Shown here: positions 35,601 through 50,133 of the stretch, one piece after another
How positions within the stretch are numbered: the first letter of the stretch is position 1
Layout of the letters: each line of letters begins with the position of its first letter
Source: Vitrella brassicaformis CCMP3155
Lineage: Eukaryota > Protista > Chromerida
Length of the DNA: 64,000 nt
Direction of reading: 5' to 3'
Assembly (NCBI GenBank): GCA_001179505.1
Contig: CDMY01000312.1
Coordinates: 1 to 64,000, forward strand
The notes under the pieces: model-generated
Told to the model about the DNA's origin: nothing
Seen by the model: the letters and a program-made list of their open reading frames with translations, nothing else
Databases searched by the model: none
Translations under genes and position numbers: made by a program

Positions 35601-38600
35601 CAAGCTGGCGTGGTGTGTGGTGTGGTGTTCACTGACATGGTATATTGACTTGACGATTTCCTGGGTGTGCTGGTCGGCCAGGCTGCCCTTCAGGAGGTAC
35701 CAGCCGTCGGTGGCGTAGACTGTCGGCAGCATCTGGCCCTCACCGTAATGCAGGTGGAGGTCCAAGACCAACGGAATGCCCGCTGGCTCGTCACCTGGAC
35801 ACACATCAGCGCCACACACAGCCACATACCATACGTGTGTGTCTCCCTCCATCTCTCTCTCTCTCTCTCTTGTCGCGTCTGTCTTGCCTTCTGCGATTTG
35901 TTTGATGGGCGATCGATAGCCCTCCCGCTCCTTCTTGGCCCGTGCATGCAGCCACTCGAGCAGCCGCCTCAGCCGATGGGTGGGCGGGGGGTGGCGCTCG
36001 AGCAGCGAAGAGAGGGAGACGGATGAATTGGCGGTCACCAGCCGACGCAGCTGAAAGGAAAACAAAAACACAGAAGATGTGTGTGGTGTGCTTGAAGGAG
36101 GGTTTGTGGGCGTGGTTCTCACCTTCTGCCGCCAACGTCTGCATGCGTAGAAGACGGTCAGGCGCCAGTGGTTGTGGAACCACTTGGTGTCAAACGGCTC
36201 GCAGGCCTCGGCAGCCGTCTTCCTGTCAAGTCCATCCACACCCAACGCGTCACGCAGACCCTTCCTGCACACCACACCACACCGCACCATCACACACACA
36301 TCCGATGGATCGATGACACAGTCACGTGTGCCGAGCTGCCGTCCGCACCTGAACAATGTGAAGACCTGTTTCCACCCCATCCACTCGCCGCCCTCCCCAT
36401 CCTTGACCACACACGTCTCGGCGGTGGTCAGCCGCACACACTCCGCCCCGGGCGCACTCCGCACCTCACCCTCACTCAAAGCAGCCACCGGCTCCATCTG
36501 CATGTCCTCCTCTACCCCTTCCCCCTCAACATCCCCATTACCGTCTCCCTCTCCCTCTCCCTCCGTCTTGTCTGTCTTGTCGGTCAGCCGGCTCACCCCA
36601 ACCCCCCTCCCTGCCCCTGCCCCTGGTGGCGCTGTGGCCACCCTGCTGTGCAGCCCGCCACGAGCGAATGGAGGACGAAATGGCTTCGTCCCGCGTCCAC
36701 CTCTCCCTCTCATCATCGGTGGACGATGCAGCGGACGGACGCCCAATGGACGTATCTGCGGTGGGCGAAAGGCGCGTGGCGCCGACAAGGGCTGGGGTGG
36801 TGCTTGCTTGGGTAATGCGGGGGCGGGGGCGGGGGCGGGGGCGGGGAGGGGGAGAGGTGAGCTGCCGTTGCCCTTGTTGTCGTCATCGTCATCGTCATCG
36901 AAGATGGCCTTGACCTTGGCCATGGCGGCGTCGCTGACTGCGACGGGCTTGAAGCCCCCTCCCTTTGTGAAGCCGCCAAGGACGGCTGGGCGGCCTACTG
37001 CTGGTGGCGAAGGGAGAGGGGCAGGGAGAGGTGGAGGGAGCGGGGGAGGTCTCGACGGTCGGCTGTCACTGCCCATCTCAATGCTCATCCGCCCGTTGCT
37101 GTAATCGTCGTCCTCGAGCATGGCCGCGCGCCGCTTGCCCATACCGGTGCTGAATTCTCCCATCGACGCTGCAGCCCCACTGGGGAGAGGGGGGGGCGGA
37201 GGGCCGGCAGCAGCAGATGCGGCAGAAGTGGCGGCAGCAGGGTCGTCAATGCCATCGAACAAGTGCGCCAAACGGTCGCGGTTCTTGGCCGACATCTGGA
37301 TGTTGAGTTGATTGCCCTTGCCGGTGGTGAAGCCCATCGGACGGGGGAAGGAGGGAGCGACGAATGCGGGCGGGGGTGGGGGCGGGGGAGCCACAGCATC
37401 CATGTCGTCATCGTGCTCATCCATCTGTCTTTGGTTGTCTTGTTTGGATGGCCGGCTGTCGCTGCCCATCCCCATCCGCCCGTTGCTGCGGTCGTGGTCC
37501 TCAAGCGCATTGATGGCCGGTGGCTTGTCCATGCCGCTCCTGAACCCACCCATCGACGCGCCACCCGCATTGGGAGGACGGGGTGCCGCAGGGCCGGCAG
37601 CGGCAGCAGGATTGTCGATGTTGTCGAACAGATGCGCCAAACGGTCGCGGTTCTTGGCCGACATCTGGATGTTGAGTTGATTTCCCTTGCCGGTGGTGAA
37701 GCCCATCGGACGCGGGAACGGAGCAGCGACGAATGCGGGTGGAGGTGGGGGCGGCATGTCGTCCATGTTGTCATCATCTTGCCCATCCATCTGGTCGGCA
37801 GGCGGCTCGGGGTCGTCTTGTTTGAGTGGCCGAGAGTGGCGGGTCGAGGTGACGTTCTGGAGCAGACCTGCCTTGGCGGCCCCCTCGATGACCTCGTCAG
37901 GGGCCAGCAGGCGGGTCGACGGCGCACCCACGGCAGCACGAATCTTCTGAAGGGCAGGGTTGTCCACACACTGAAAGAAAGAGAGAGAAGAGCAGAAGGG
38001 AACAGAACATTGATATGAAAGCTGTGTTGGTGGACCGGTATGCATTTGCCCGACGCGGTGAGGAAAGAGAAGCTCTTGGGCAGCTTGCGAGCCGCTCCCT
38101 CACCAGGCCGCTCCTCGCCCTGCCTCCGGCTGTCCTCACCCACCAGAAACGCCTCGACCTCCTCTTGAGCCGCCCCGTCGTCCATCCTCTCACCCACACC
38201 CACACCGCCCACATAGAAACCCTTCACTGACACATCACGGCTGACACCACCACCCTCGGCCCCATCATCCCCCTCCTTCGATCGCCGTTTCTTGGCCGCT
38301 TTCGACGGCCCCCCTTGGTCGCCCCCGTCCGCCCCATCCCCTTCTCCCTCTCCCACTGCGTCATCATGCTGCTTCCGCTTCGCTTTCTTCATGTTGTAGA
38401 ATGACGACCTCGCGCCCCTCGGCCGCTTCCCGACGATATTCGGGCGGCCACCTCTGAGGCCCCTCTGATAGAGCCCGGCAACGGTGCTCTTGACGCGGTC
38501 GCTCCGTGTCTGCTCGTCCTGCTGATTGCTGCCCAGAGGCTGCTCCTTGCGAGGCGATAACTTCAAGGGCCGACCACCACTGCGGCGAGAGGGGACGGAT

Positions 38601-39064
38601 GGCGAGCGATTTGCTACCGCGCTCTTGCGTTTGCGTATCTGACGGGATGACGGTTGTGAGGGCGGCGCGGGGCTTGCGTGTGGCGGTGAGGGAGAGGAGC
38701 CTGGCCGAGGGAGAGCAGCAGATGCGGGCGATGTGCGGACCACGGGTGAGCGGGAAGGTGCAGGCTCTTCACGGCTCTCGGCAGGTGGAGCGGGAGGGCT
38801 CAGGAAGGAGTCTTGAATATATGCCTGGAGCTGAGGGTCTGCAAGAGAACAGAAGGCGTGGACATTCAGGTGACCTTGCCGTTGGCGCTGTTTTGTGGTG
38901 GTGTACGCCTCACCTTGGCAGATCTCTTGCCATGCGGCTATTCCATCATCACTTGGCAATGCGAAGAAGTCGATGTGCGCCCCATCTCCTCCTTCGTCCA
39001 TCCTTTTGTCGAAATTTACAAGATTTACAGACACCTCCGCTTGGGTTCCTCCCCCCTCCACCAT
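32613..39064 (-). CDS. BRCA2: BRCA2 homologue (BRC repeats, helical domain, OB folds, tower), multi-exon
   Basis: BRC-like FLTASGKCIP..ALQKIRA, 2x GFTTGKGNQLNIQMSAKNRDRLAHLFD and GGFTKGGGFKPVAVSDAAMAKVKAIFDD. Helical domain WFHNHWRL; OB1 RSPIKQIAEG..LVL..ATDGWYLL..GACL..CPPLD..LKIHYH; OB2 GGKVELVDVVVLAVFP and FILRTDSEQ; acidic tower helix. The start is ATG 39064 or 39001. Confidence 0.88.
37060..37770 (-). repeat. Tandem duplication of a ~369-bp BRC-containing unit within BRCA2
   Basis: About 80 bp at 37264-37343 and 37633-37712 are identical except for one base. The offset is 369 bp (123 codons), and the flanking PPPPAFVA and SNGRM..GSDSRPS motifs are also repeated. Confidence 0.92.
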
Positions 39065-39084
39065 AAACCTGCCTCTTTCTGTGG

Positions 39085-41544
<2,460 letters not shown>

Positions 41545-41741
41545 TTGTGTCTGCCTGTGGAACGGAGGTGTGCGCGTGCATTGTCAGTGTGTGACATCAG
41601 ATTGAATGCTGTAGATACGTCCATTCAGAGCAACACACACGTATCGGGAATCGAGTCGCCTCATAGTCCCATCCACCACCCATCCATCCACCCACAAGCC
41701 ATGGATGAATGCCCCCACGATACAGCACGTATGCATATGGT

Positions 41742-42853
41742 CTAGTCATCAATCACAATGGGGTCATCAGCATCCGCCCTCGCAGCCGATGCAGACGCCC
41801 TCCCGCCGCCCCCTCCCTCTGACGACCGCCTCGCCACCATCGCCCGCATCTTCTCCAGCCGCTTCTTCTCCTTCTTGATGGCCTTCTTAGCCGAACCCGA
41901 CCCCTCACCCTTCTCGCTCTTCCGCCTGTCCTTCCTCCGCTTCTTGCTCTCGCGATCGCGCCTCCTCTCCTCACCGTCATCCGAGCTGTCGACCTCCTCC
42001 TCACTCCGCCGCCTCTCTTTCTTGGATTTCCTCTTCTCCTTGCCGCCCACTGCAGCGTCGTTGCTGCGCCGGCTGCGTCGCCGCTTGGCCTCAAGGCGGT
42101 CCATTTCTTCCTCCTCATCTAGCTCGGCCTCGTATGCCCGTCCGTGCCTCGACCGCCCCTTTGGCTCACTGCTGGCGGCCGCCTCTCTGTCGCGTCTCTT
42201 CTCCTGAGCTAGTGTGAGGGGGGGCTGAGCGGTGTAGTGGGAGACGATGCGCTTGGCCGCGGTGGAATCCACCTGCATGGACCGCTCTGAAGACACACGA
42301 CGGAGAGGCAGAGAGGGACGTGTATCTGTCGGTGGCTGGTGGTGGTGGTGCTTACTCTGTGGCAGTGCGGGTTTGGACGAGACCTTCTTCATATACAACT
42401 TGACACGATCCTGACGAGATGACAACGAACGAGGGATCCGATGAGCGTGGGGATGTAGATACGAGGCTGTTCTGTAGCTCTCTTACCAGCTCCTGCTGGA
42501 GCGGATGTGCCTTCGGATCAATGCCCTTCACGCGAAGCAACACTGAACACACACACGGATGGAGGCGTCCGTGATCCATCCATCCAGTGTGAGCATCGCC
42601 GCCTTACTGAATTGCACAGATGTGATGGTGTACGCTAGCAGCGCATCCAACTGGACACACTCAGCAGCTGAACACACCCGAGAACACACCGCAACACACG
42701 AGCACATGTGCCTGCACTCCTTTGCTCCCATGTTTGTTCCCTACATGTGAGCTGGTTCTGCAGTTCGGTCAGGTCCCGCTTCAGCAAGGGCTCCAGGTAT
42801 TCCTGCAAGTCGTCAAATGCTCCTCTGAACCTCTCCAAGGCCGATTCGGCCAT
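41742..42853 (-). CDS. C1D: C1D/Rrp47 family exosome cofactor and nucleic-acid-binding protein with a Lys/Arg/Glu-rich tail, multi-exon
   Basis: ATG at 42853 (MAESALERFRGAFDDLQEYLEPLL); VQLDALLAYTITSVQF, LLRVKGIDPKAHPLQQEL, RVKLYMKKV, VDSTAAKRIVSH. Confidence 0.8.
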
Positions 42854-42891
42854 CGACAAGACTACAAGTTGATCCTCAGCCCTGTGCGAGG

Positions 42892-45074
42892 ATGGCACGA
42901 CACGCGAGGAGCGCGAAGGATCCACAAAACGCCCAACCACAAAATCTTGCGACCTCAAAGAGAGCAGCAGCGGTTTCAGGCAGCCCCCTAGGCGAAACAA
43001 ATGAGCTCGCAGGTGGGAAAAAACGGCCGTTTGTTCAGTTGCCCCGGCTCACGCGAGAACTCCTGAGGGAGAAACATCCCCTCAATATCATGGACCACAG
43101 CATCCCGGAGTCGGCCACTACCACGACCCCATGCGGACACACGCCCGACATCAAGATGGAGATCTTCCGCAAAGTGCGCGCATTCGGCTTCCGCGACGCG
43201 TCCGGGGTACTTGATACGCTTCAGTCGGTGCAGAGGGGAGCGGGGACTCTCCCTTGCAGATCTAAAGGGAAGATGCCTTCCACGATATCGGCGGACGAAG
43301 TGGCTCTTTTCTTCTTAGCTGTACTTGCTCTGGCCCTTTTCTGGCTGCCCTTCCGTTCGAAAGCCTCGCGGCAGCCGCGTAGGGAAACGAGAGAGCGTCT
43401 GAAAAAGGCGGATCCCCTCGATGTCATGGACCATTCCATTCCCGAGTCGGCCACCACGACGCCTTACGGACACACGCCCGATGTCAAGATGGAGATATTC
43501 CGTAAGGTGCGTGCATTCGGTTTCCGCGACGTGGCTGTCGTCGGCCACTACTACGGATCTATGCCGCGCGTGGAAGATCAATTCAGCCAGCTGCTGCGGG
43601 CAGAGGAGCCTCGGATGAGCGGCTGCTGGTTCATGCTGTCAGCTGGTGAGCAGGGCGGCACTGCAGACAGTGCAGCGTAACATTGGCCCGCTTGTGTTCG
43701 ATTTGTGTCAGGCGATGAAGACGCGTTGGCGAGGCTGGATGCATCTGGCGTCCCCAATGTGATGCTGGACTACACATTCAGCAACCCCCGCACAGGCACC
43801 AGCTCACTCGACAGCCTCAAGGCCACCATCGCCCGCATTCAGGAGTACTTCAAGAAGCTCGACAGGGAAGTGATCATGTCCGCCAATGCTGACGGTCTGC
43901 CTCACCTCGACCGTATGGTCAGCCGGTCGGGCTACCAGCATCTGAAGCGCAATCACCTGTACATCAACTTCGTGGATCTGCTGGACTTCAATGTCAGCAT
44001 GGATGCGCCGAAAGTACAGGTGAGACAGCGCATGAGCAACTAGATACGGTGGATTCTGCAGCCTTCGTTGTGTTGGTGCGCAGAAAGTGATCGGTTACCT
44101 GAGGTCCAAGAGCATTCCGATTCTGAAAGGCATCTGTTTTGAGGGCGCCAGGGGCATCGCCTTCGCTGATGAATACGGCAAAGTGACTGAACGTCTCCGG
44201 TGAGTCCTGAAACGACTAAGCAGAGGCGCACCCGCTGCATATCTGTTCCTGCTGTTCTCAGGTCGTCGTTTCCTGCGAGTCGTTTCAAGCTGCTGGTGCA
44301 CTCACACGCCGGGCCGCATGGCGACAGCTCACAGGCGGTGGCATTGGAGTGTGTGCGTCGAGGGGCGGACGGCATCTGGGCGGGGTTTATCCCTCAGGCC
44401 GCCCAGACAGGCCACAACTGCTCCTTGCAGTACCTGGGGTACCTGCACAGCTGCGGCAACAAACAGGTCCAAGAGTTCTACAAACTCAACACGGTAAGTA
44501 ATCAACTCGGCTCGTCACGAAGGCCTCAATCAGGTCGCTGTCTGTCTTCGCCTGAGGTGGTTTGTCTTGCTGCAGGCCGCTGAGACGGCTCGTTCGCTGC
44601 ACGAATTGAGCTTCCCCGACGAACCCATCCCGCCTGACTGCCCCATGTTTGGCAGCAACTCCTACTCGTGGGTCCACACCGTCTTCAGACACGACCAACA
44701 GACACCGCAGGGGCTGCCTGCACGAGTGGTATGTCGACATGGAAGCGGGCCATCAAGATTACTTGTTTGGATGCGTACAGGTTGGTGCGACAGAGAGCGC
44801 GCGGCTCGCTCCGATGACGACCGATGTGGACATGCTCATCGAGCGACTGGATGGCCTCATCGGCAACGAATTTTCATCGATGCCGGCATACAAGAAGGAA
44901 GGCTACGCCCAGGTCGTCTCGTTAACGATTCAGCTGCTCCTGCGTGAGGGCTACCGGTGCAACTTCAACGATCCGGACAACATTAGATACATCTACCAAC
45001 ACGTGAGAAGAACCGCAAAGGGAGAAAGAACGCAGAAAAGCACAAGCGAGCCTTCGCTTTTTCCAGGTTCATAA
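42892..45074 (+). CDS. DRE-TIM metallolyase/HMGL-like TIM-barrel protein with a duplicated N-terminal fragment; the likely true start is ATG 43273, followed by a signal or anchor helix
   Basis: MDHSIPES..GHTPDVKMEIFRKVRAFGFRDVAV; KGICFEG; FKLLVHSH..QAVALECVRRGADGIWAG..AAQTGHNCSL; IPPDCPMFG. The fold call rests on motif resemblance. Confidence 0.62.
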
Positions 45075-45089
45075 GGTCTACAGGGGACT

Positions 45090-45867
45090 TCCTGAGAGGA
45101 ATCTGCTCATCAATGATGAGGGCTCGATCATAGAGCAGTCTCACATGCCTTACCTGCGGGATTGGCTGAGACGGCCGTCCGAAGACGTACGACTCTGGCT
45201 GCTCTATAGGTGAGATGAACGTGTGCGTATCAAGGGTCGTACACGAAAGAAGTGTATATCTTGTCTCTTGGCCAGCTCGACACGTGACGTGGACAGCTTC
45301 AACAGCCTCATCAGCAAGGTGGGATCGACTCGTGGCCTACTCTTCGCCATCAAGCACAACAACAAGAAGTTTGGCGTCTTCTTCGACGGGCCCCTCAACC
45401 AACCCAGCAATCCGACATCCACTATGACGACCAGAGGCGACCTCTTCCTATTTTCGCTCAGAGGCAGCTTTTCTCGGCCCACACAGATCCATCCACCGCA
45501 AGACAGACAGCGGGTGGACGTGGCCGGGAAGGACGGGGCTGTGCAGGGCAGCGGCATGTGGTCCGGCAAGATCGTGATGGCAGGCGACTACCTCTGGCTG
45601 GGGTTCTCGTGGTCGTCCACCCCGTCCCCCTCCATCCTCAGCTGTTGTCACGGGATCCCCAAAAACATCACACCACCAGGATTCACCGGCAGGGAGGTGA
45701 ATGCGCTCACCTCCCAGACAGCCAAGCAGTTAAGGGGTGAATACACTCTGGCAGGCAGCGGCTTCTTCACAGCTGACGTGATTGAAGTGTATCAGGTGGG
45801 TGCGAAATACACACACATCTGCACCACAGCGATGACCCGTGTGATGCATCGTGTCTGTAGGTTGTGA
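45090..45867 (+). CDS. TLDc-domain protein or fragment
   Basis: SIIEQSHMPYLRDWL..LLY|STRD..FNSLISKVG..LLFAIKH..FGVFFDG..LFLFSLRG..LWLGF..LAGSGFFTADVIEVYQV. No clear N-terminal region. Confidence 0.72.
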
Positions 45868-46415
45868 GAGGCCGCGCCCCTGCCATCAATCGTGACTCCC
45901 TCCTGCCCCTGCCCGTCGACTTCCCCCGGCCTCTCTCTGCGAGTGCTCTGTCTTCGACTGAGAGGACAAACCGCACGGCAGCATGATCGACTGTCCACGG
46001 TGTGATCTCTACATGAGGATGCCTCCTTGTCTTGTGAGAATCGCAGTGCTTATTGCAGTCGGGATTACGTGCCCTTGGTGTTTGTATGTTCCGTGTCGTG
46101 CTTTTCTATCTGAGTCGTTCCTGTGCTTTGTGCAGCTGTCGATGAGCAGCCGACAAATTTGATTTTTGGACATGTGAATGGACTTGGCAGACCTTTCTTG
46201 ATCGAGACGTTCGTCTGTCATGCAGTCGGATCGAATGCAACAAATACATGTGCGTTGTCATGCATTCACACACGCACGAGACGAAACAGAAACACGTCCG
46301 CACACTCTGCACAGGTGGTCACAAAAGGAAAAGAGAGAAAGATGGAGAGAGCCACAGACAGAGAGAGAGATAGCTACCCTTCCTTGCTGTAGTTTGAGTG
46401 GCCTATGTTTGTGTG

Positions 46416-47319
46416 TCAGTTGTGGGGTTGGCGTCTATGCAGCTTGATGGCGGGGCGCAGGGGAATGTGCACACGCTGCTGGCCCTCCTGCAGAAACACA
46501 CACACACACAGACACACATGCAGCCGCGTGTTTGTACTGCGATTGCACGTGTTTGCACTGACCACTTGTGTGTTGATGGCTTCCATGATGTCACTGCGCA
46601 GCGAACAGCGGTCACCTGCACCAGCCAGTCATGCGGACGCATCGATGCATGCATGAATGTCTATCCAGCCCTGTGTGTGTGTGTGTCTGTACGGGTGTCA
46701 GCCTTGGCGAACCACACCTCCACACGCACCGAATCAGACTTCTTCACCTGCACACACCGACGGACCGGACCATTCACACACGGTCCTCCCGCCCCCATAG
46801 GGTCTACTCCTCACCATGCGCACGCCCGTGATGATGGCGTATGGCTCCACCGACGCCCCGATGCATCCCAGCACGGCATGCGTCCACACGCGGTAGGCCT
46901 CACCCATCGCCACACTGGCCGGCACGCCAGCGTCGGCCAGGTCCATCGTCAGCACCACACGCTTGCCGCCCACGTTGTCCTTGTCCTCCTACATCGGCAG
47001 CACGTCGTCCTTGAACACCGCAATCGCACCATAGCAACTGACACACACAACGGACATGCGATGGCGGTGCCACGCCATCTTTCCATCCCCGCCGCGGATC
47101 AGATTCTATGTGCATTTTGGCTCCATTCTGCCCCTTGGCCGTGGCCGTTCACCTGTTTGCATCGAGCATGTGTCCGGAGATTTTGAGCCAGAGCTTCCAG
47201 AAGCCCTTGGCGGTGGCGAAGTCGCCCAGCAGCTTCAGGCTATCGATGTACGAGCTGTGGCTACCCGTCAGCTGGCCGAAGACGCTCCAGTTGTTGCGCA
47301 GAGGCAGATCGCACGCCAT
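46416..47319 (-). pseudogene. EIF4E: eIF4E-family cap-binding protein gene with TAG in place of the conserved Trp of PMWED
   Basis: MACDLPLRNNWSVF..SSYIDSLKLLGDFATAKGFWKLW; AIAVFKDDVLPM*EDKDNVGGK (TAG 46989-46991); RVWTHAVLGCIG..ITGVRM|VKKSDSVRVEVW. Confidence 0.8.
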
Positions 47320-47556
47320 CTTGACCAACTGAAGGCGAAATCCAGCCTTATCAATCGCGGACAAAAACGTAGAGACAAAGATCGATGAGGTAAACGTTTA
47401 CAGAATGGGAGCCAGGTGCGACCCAGGCCCTGCTGCGTGCCTTCGAGCCATGGGCCCTGCTCTTTCTGTGTTTTGCACTGCCTCTTGTGTCAGGTGAGAG
47501 GTTCCCGCTGAGGACAAAATTGGAGACAAAAGAAAGACTGACGCCGTCGCTCTCCG

Positions 47557-49365
47557 ATGTGTGGTGCAGCCGTCTCATCCCATGATGCTTTCTGCGAACA
47601 CCCCAAGTTCTCTTTGCCTGTGAAGGGAGCCGACACAGTCGAAATCGACCTGTCGGCGGTACCCTAGTCGGCGGTTGTCAATCTTGCCATCGGGGCCGGC
47701 TTCAAAATCGTCGAGCATCTGAGGGATGCGCCCTCCTCAGGAAAGCTGCAAGTGGGGAGCAAAGACGACCCGAAAGGTGCCCACTTGCAACGCTAAGACA
47801 TGGTCGATTGGCGATGTCTCTGTCTGACTGTCTGTCTGTCTGTGGGTGCATCAGTGCAGATTTGGTGACGTCAGCTGATCGTTTGAGTGACGAGTACATC
47901 CGGGGTGGCAAGTGGACCGAGACGGGCAAGACCACCATTAACGACAAGGGCAAACCGGAGAAGGAGATGGTCTTCAAGAAGACAGAAGGCCTGACTGCTC
48001 TCCGGCGATGGAAAGGCATCGACGCGCTCAGTGAAGAGGAGAGCACCGAAGGGTTCCCTGAGGCATACTGGCTGGTGGATCCCCTGGACGGCACAAGTGT
48101 CTATGCCGACGATGCCAGGGTCTGGATCAAGCACGCCAAAGGCCTCTCTAAGACTTCTTCTCGCCTAAGGCTCTACCAAGAGATGAAGAAAGTCCTCTTT
48201 GCGGAATGGACGGTCATGGTGGCCCTCATCCACAAGAACAAGGCAGTGGCGGGAGTCATCACCGTGCCATGGAAGCGCATAGCATACTATGGCGTTGTCC
48301 CCAGTAACGATGTGGCTGTCGAGGGTTCCGATGCGAGACGCGCCTGTCGTCTGGTGTACACGGGAGACAGCTCGTGGAACGAGGGAAGCGCCCGCAGCAT
48401 GCACGAGAAAGCGACATTCAATGTGCCGCTGACGGCGTATGGCGAGGGGTGTATCCAGGGAGTGTCTGCCCCTTACGTCAGGCCTGGTAGCCTGGTGCAG
48501 GCGATAGGCAGTGACATGAACCCCAACGATGCCATCGACGCCTACGAGTACTTTCTATCGCGCCATCCTGACGGCCCGAGGTTTGAATTCCGGCAGGTGC
48601 AGGCAAGCGGGAAGAACTTTCAAGGATTTGGCTCATTCCTGGTGGGTGAGAGAGGCGGGTCTGATAGACAACCAACGATGACAATGAATGAATGTGTTTC
48701 CCTTTCCGATGTGTGTGCAGAAATTTCTGATGGTTTTAGACCCTGAGTTGCTGTGGTTCTACGACCTTGGTCATGTCTCGCGCCGGCCAGAACCTGTTTG
48801 TGGGCCGTCGATGCGTCCATCGAAATTTGCCAAGAGAAAGCTCTACAATGTGGTACGTACGGACGAGACACATGGGCGTCCTTTGGCGATGGAGATCTTG
48901 TGTCCCTCCCCGCGTCCCTTGCCGCATGCAGATCTATCCCCGGATCGCACCCCTTAAGGAATGGGACACAGCAGCGGCACACGCAATCCTGAACGCGGGA
49001 AGCGCCATGATTTTGCGAGTCGACTGCGTCAACGAGGGCAACCGGGAGTACGGACAGGAGACGGGACCGTTTAGCTTCAAAGTGAGTGGGGAGGAGGTGG
49101 GTTACTCGCGGACAGAGGGGCCCGACCAGTGTGTCGCCAACACAAGGTGGGTGAGTGTGGCGCGGGATGGACAAAGACGCTGGCAGGAGCATATGGCATG
49201 TGTCTCTTCAGGCACCATCAAGATGTGCCTACCCTCAAGACGAAGAAGGAGTTTCAGGACTACTTCATCGCCATGGGGCCGCTTGACCTGACTGACAGCG
49301 GCAAGTCCCTCACACAAATGCTTTCCGGCCATTGCCTCAAAGACCCAAACACAGAGGACAAGTAG
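47557..49365 (+). CDS. CysQ/PAP-phosphatase (inositol monophosphatase superfamily) with an in-frame TAG at 47665-47667 inside a 15-bp insertion
   Basis: LAIGAGFKIVE..DLVTSADRLSDEYI..LSEE..YWLVDPLDGT..EWTVMVALI..AVAGVITVP..YYG and IYPRIAPLKEWDTAAAHAIL. Confidence 0.78.
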
Positions 49366-49767
49366 GCAACGAACCGATCAAGCGAGACGTGCTGTCCGTG
49401 TAGCCATGGATGCGTCTCTGCAGGACGCCCATGACTTGCCTGCAGCGGATCAACACATGCACTGACGAGAAGATGATACACTTGCCTGAGTGCCCATCAG
49501 CGGCCCACGGGCGGACACCCGGCGACCAGCACAAGAAGCCCGCTGTCCGCGGCAAGCCGACGGCACACAGTGGCTCATCAGCTCTGGAAGTACGAAAGCA
49601 GACCAGCAGACCAAGCAGAGGATGTGTGCGCAGCCATGTGACTGACCGTGCAATGTTTCACGTGTGTGCAGATGCCCGTCTAATCGGCCGGTGAAGAGAG
49701 AGGAACAATAGAGACGAAAGCTCTATGTCAGCACGCAAGCGTGACGTATGTGATGGGTCGATTGAGC

Positions 49768-49807
49768 GAGTGGGTGTGTCGTGTTGAGAGTGAGGAATGA
49801 GCTGTGT
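49768..49807 (+). repeat. 40-bp direct repeat, copy 1
   Basis: gagtgggtgtgtcgtgttgagagtgaggaatgagctgtgt, 36/40 identical to 54549-54588. Confidence 0.8.
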
Positions 49808-50133
49808 CGCGAACACAAGGTGGGTGGGTGGGAAAGGGGTGGACCAAGACACTCGTGCAGGTGTTGATCCTTCTAATTTGTGTTATGTACACACATTGAT
49901 ATAAAGGGCACAATGAAAGAAAGAATGTGTCTGAATGTGTCTGACACATTGATTCATGTCACCATGCAGCACATCACATCCATCAGGCCAGGCCAACTCC
50001 AAATCGATTCGACTGACGTCAATCATGCATGCCGCCGTCCAGTGAGTGAGCCGATTGCTGCACAAACACCAGCCACCACACACCAGCTGAATCACGGTGT
50101 CTGCAGTGCATGTCGTGTGTACAGGTGTGCGAC

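Noticed and set aside
37060-37770. Repeats as a CRISPR array or mobile element
   Set aside because: The offset is a whole number of codons within the BRCA2 frame, with no repeat-spacer periodicity and no cas genes.
47661-47666. ACCCTA as an interstitial telomere seed
   Set aside because: A single partial unit is too short to support this.
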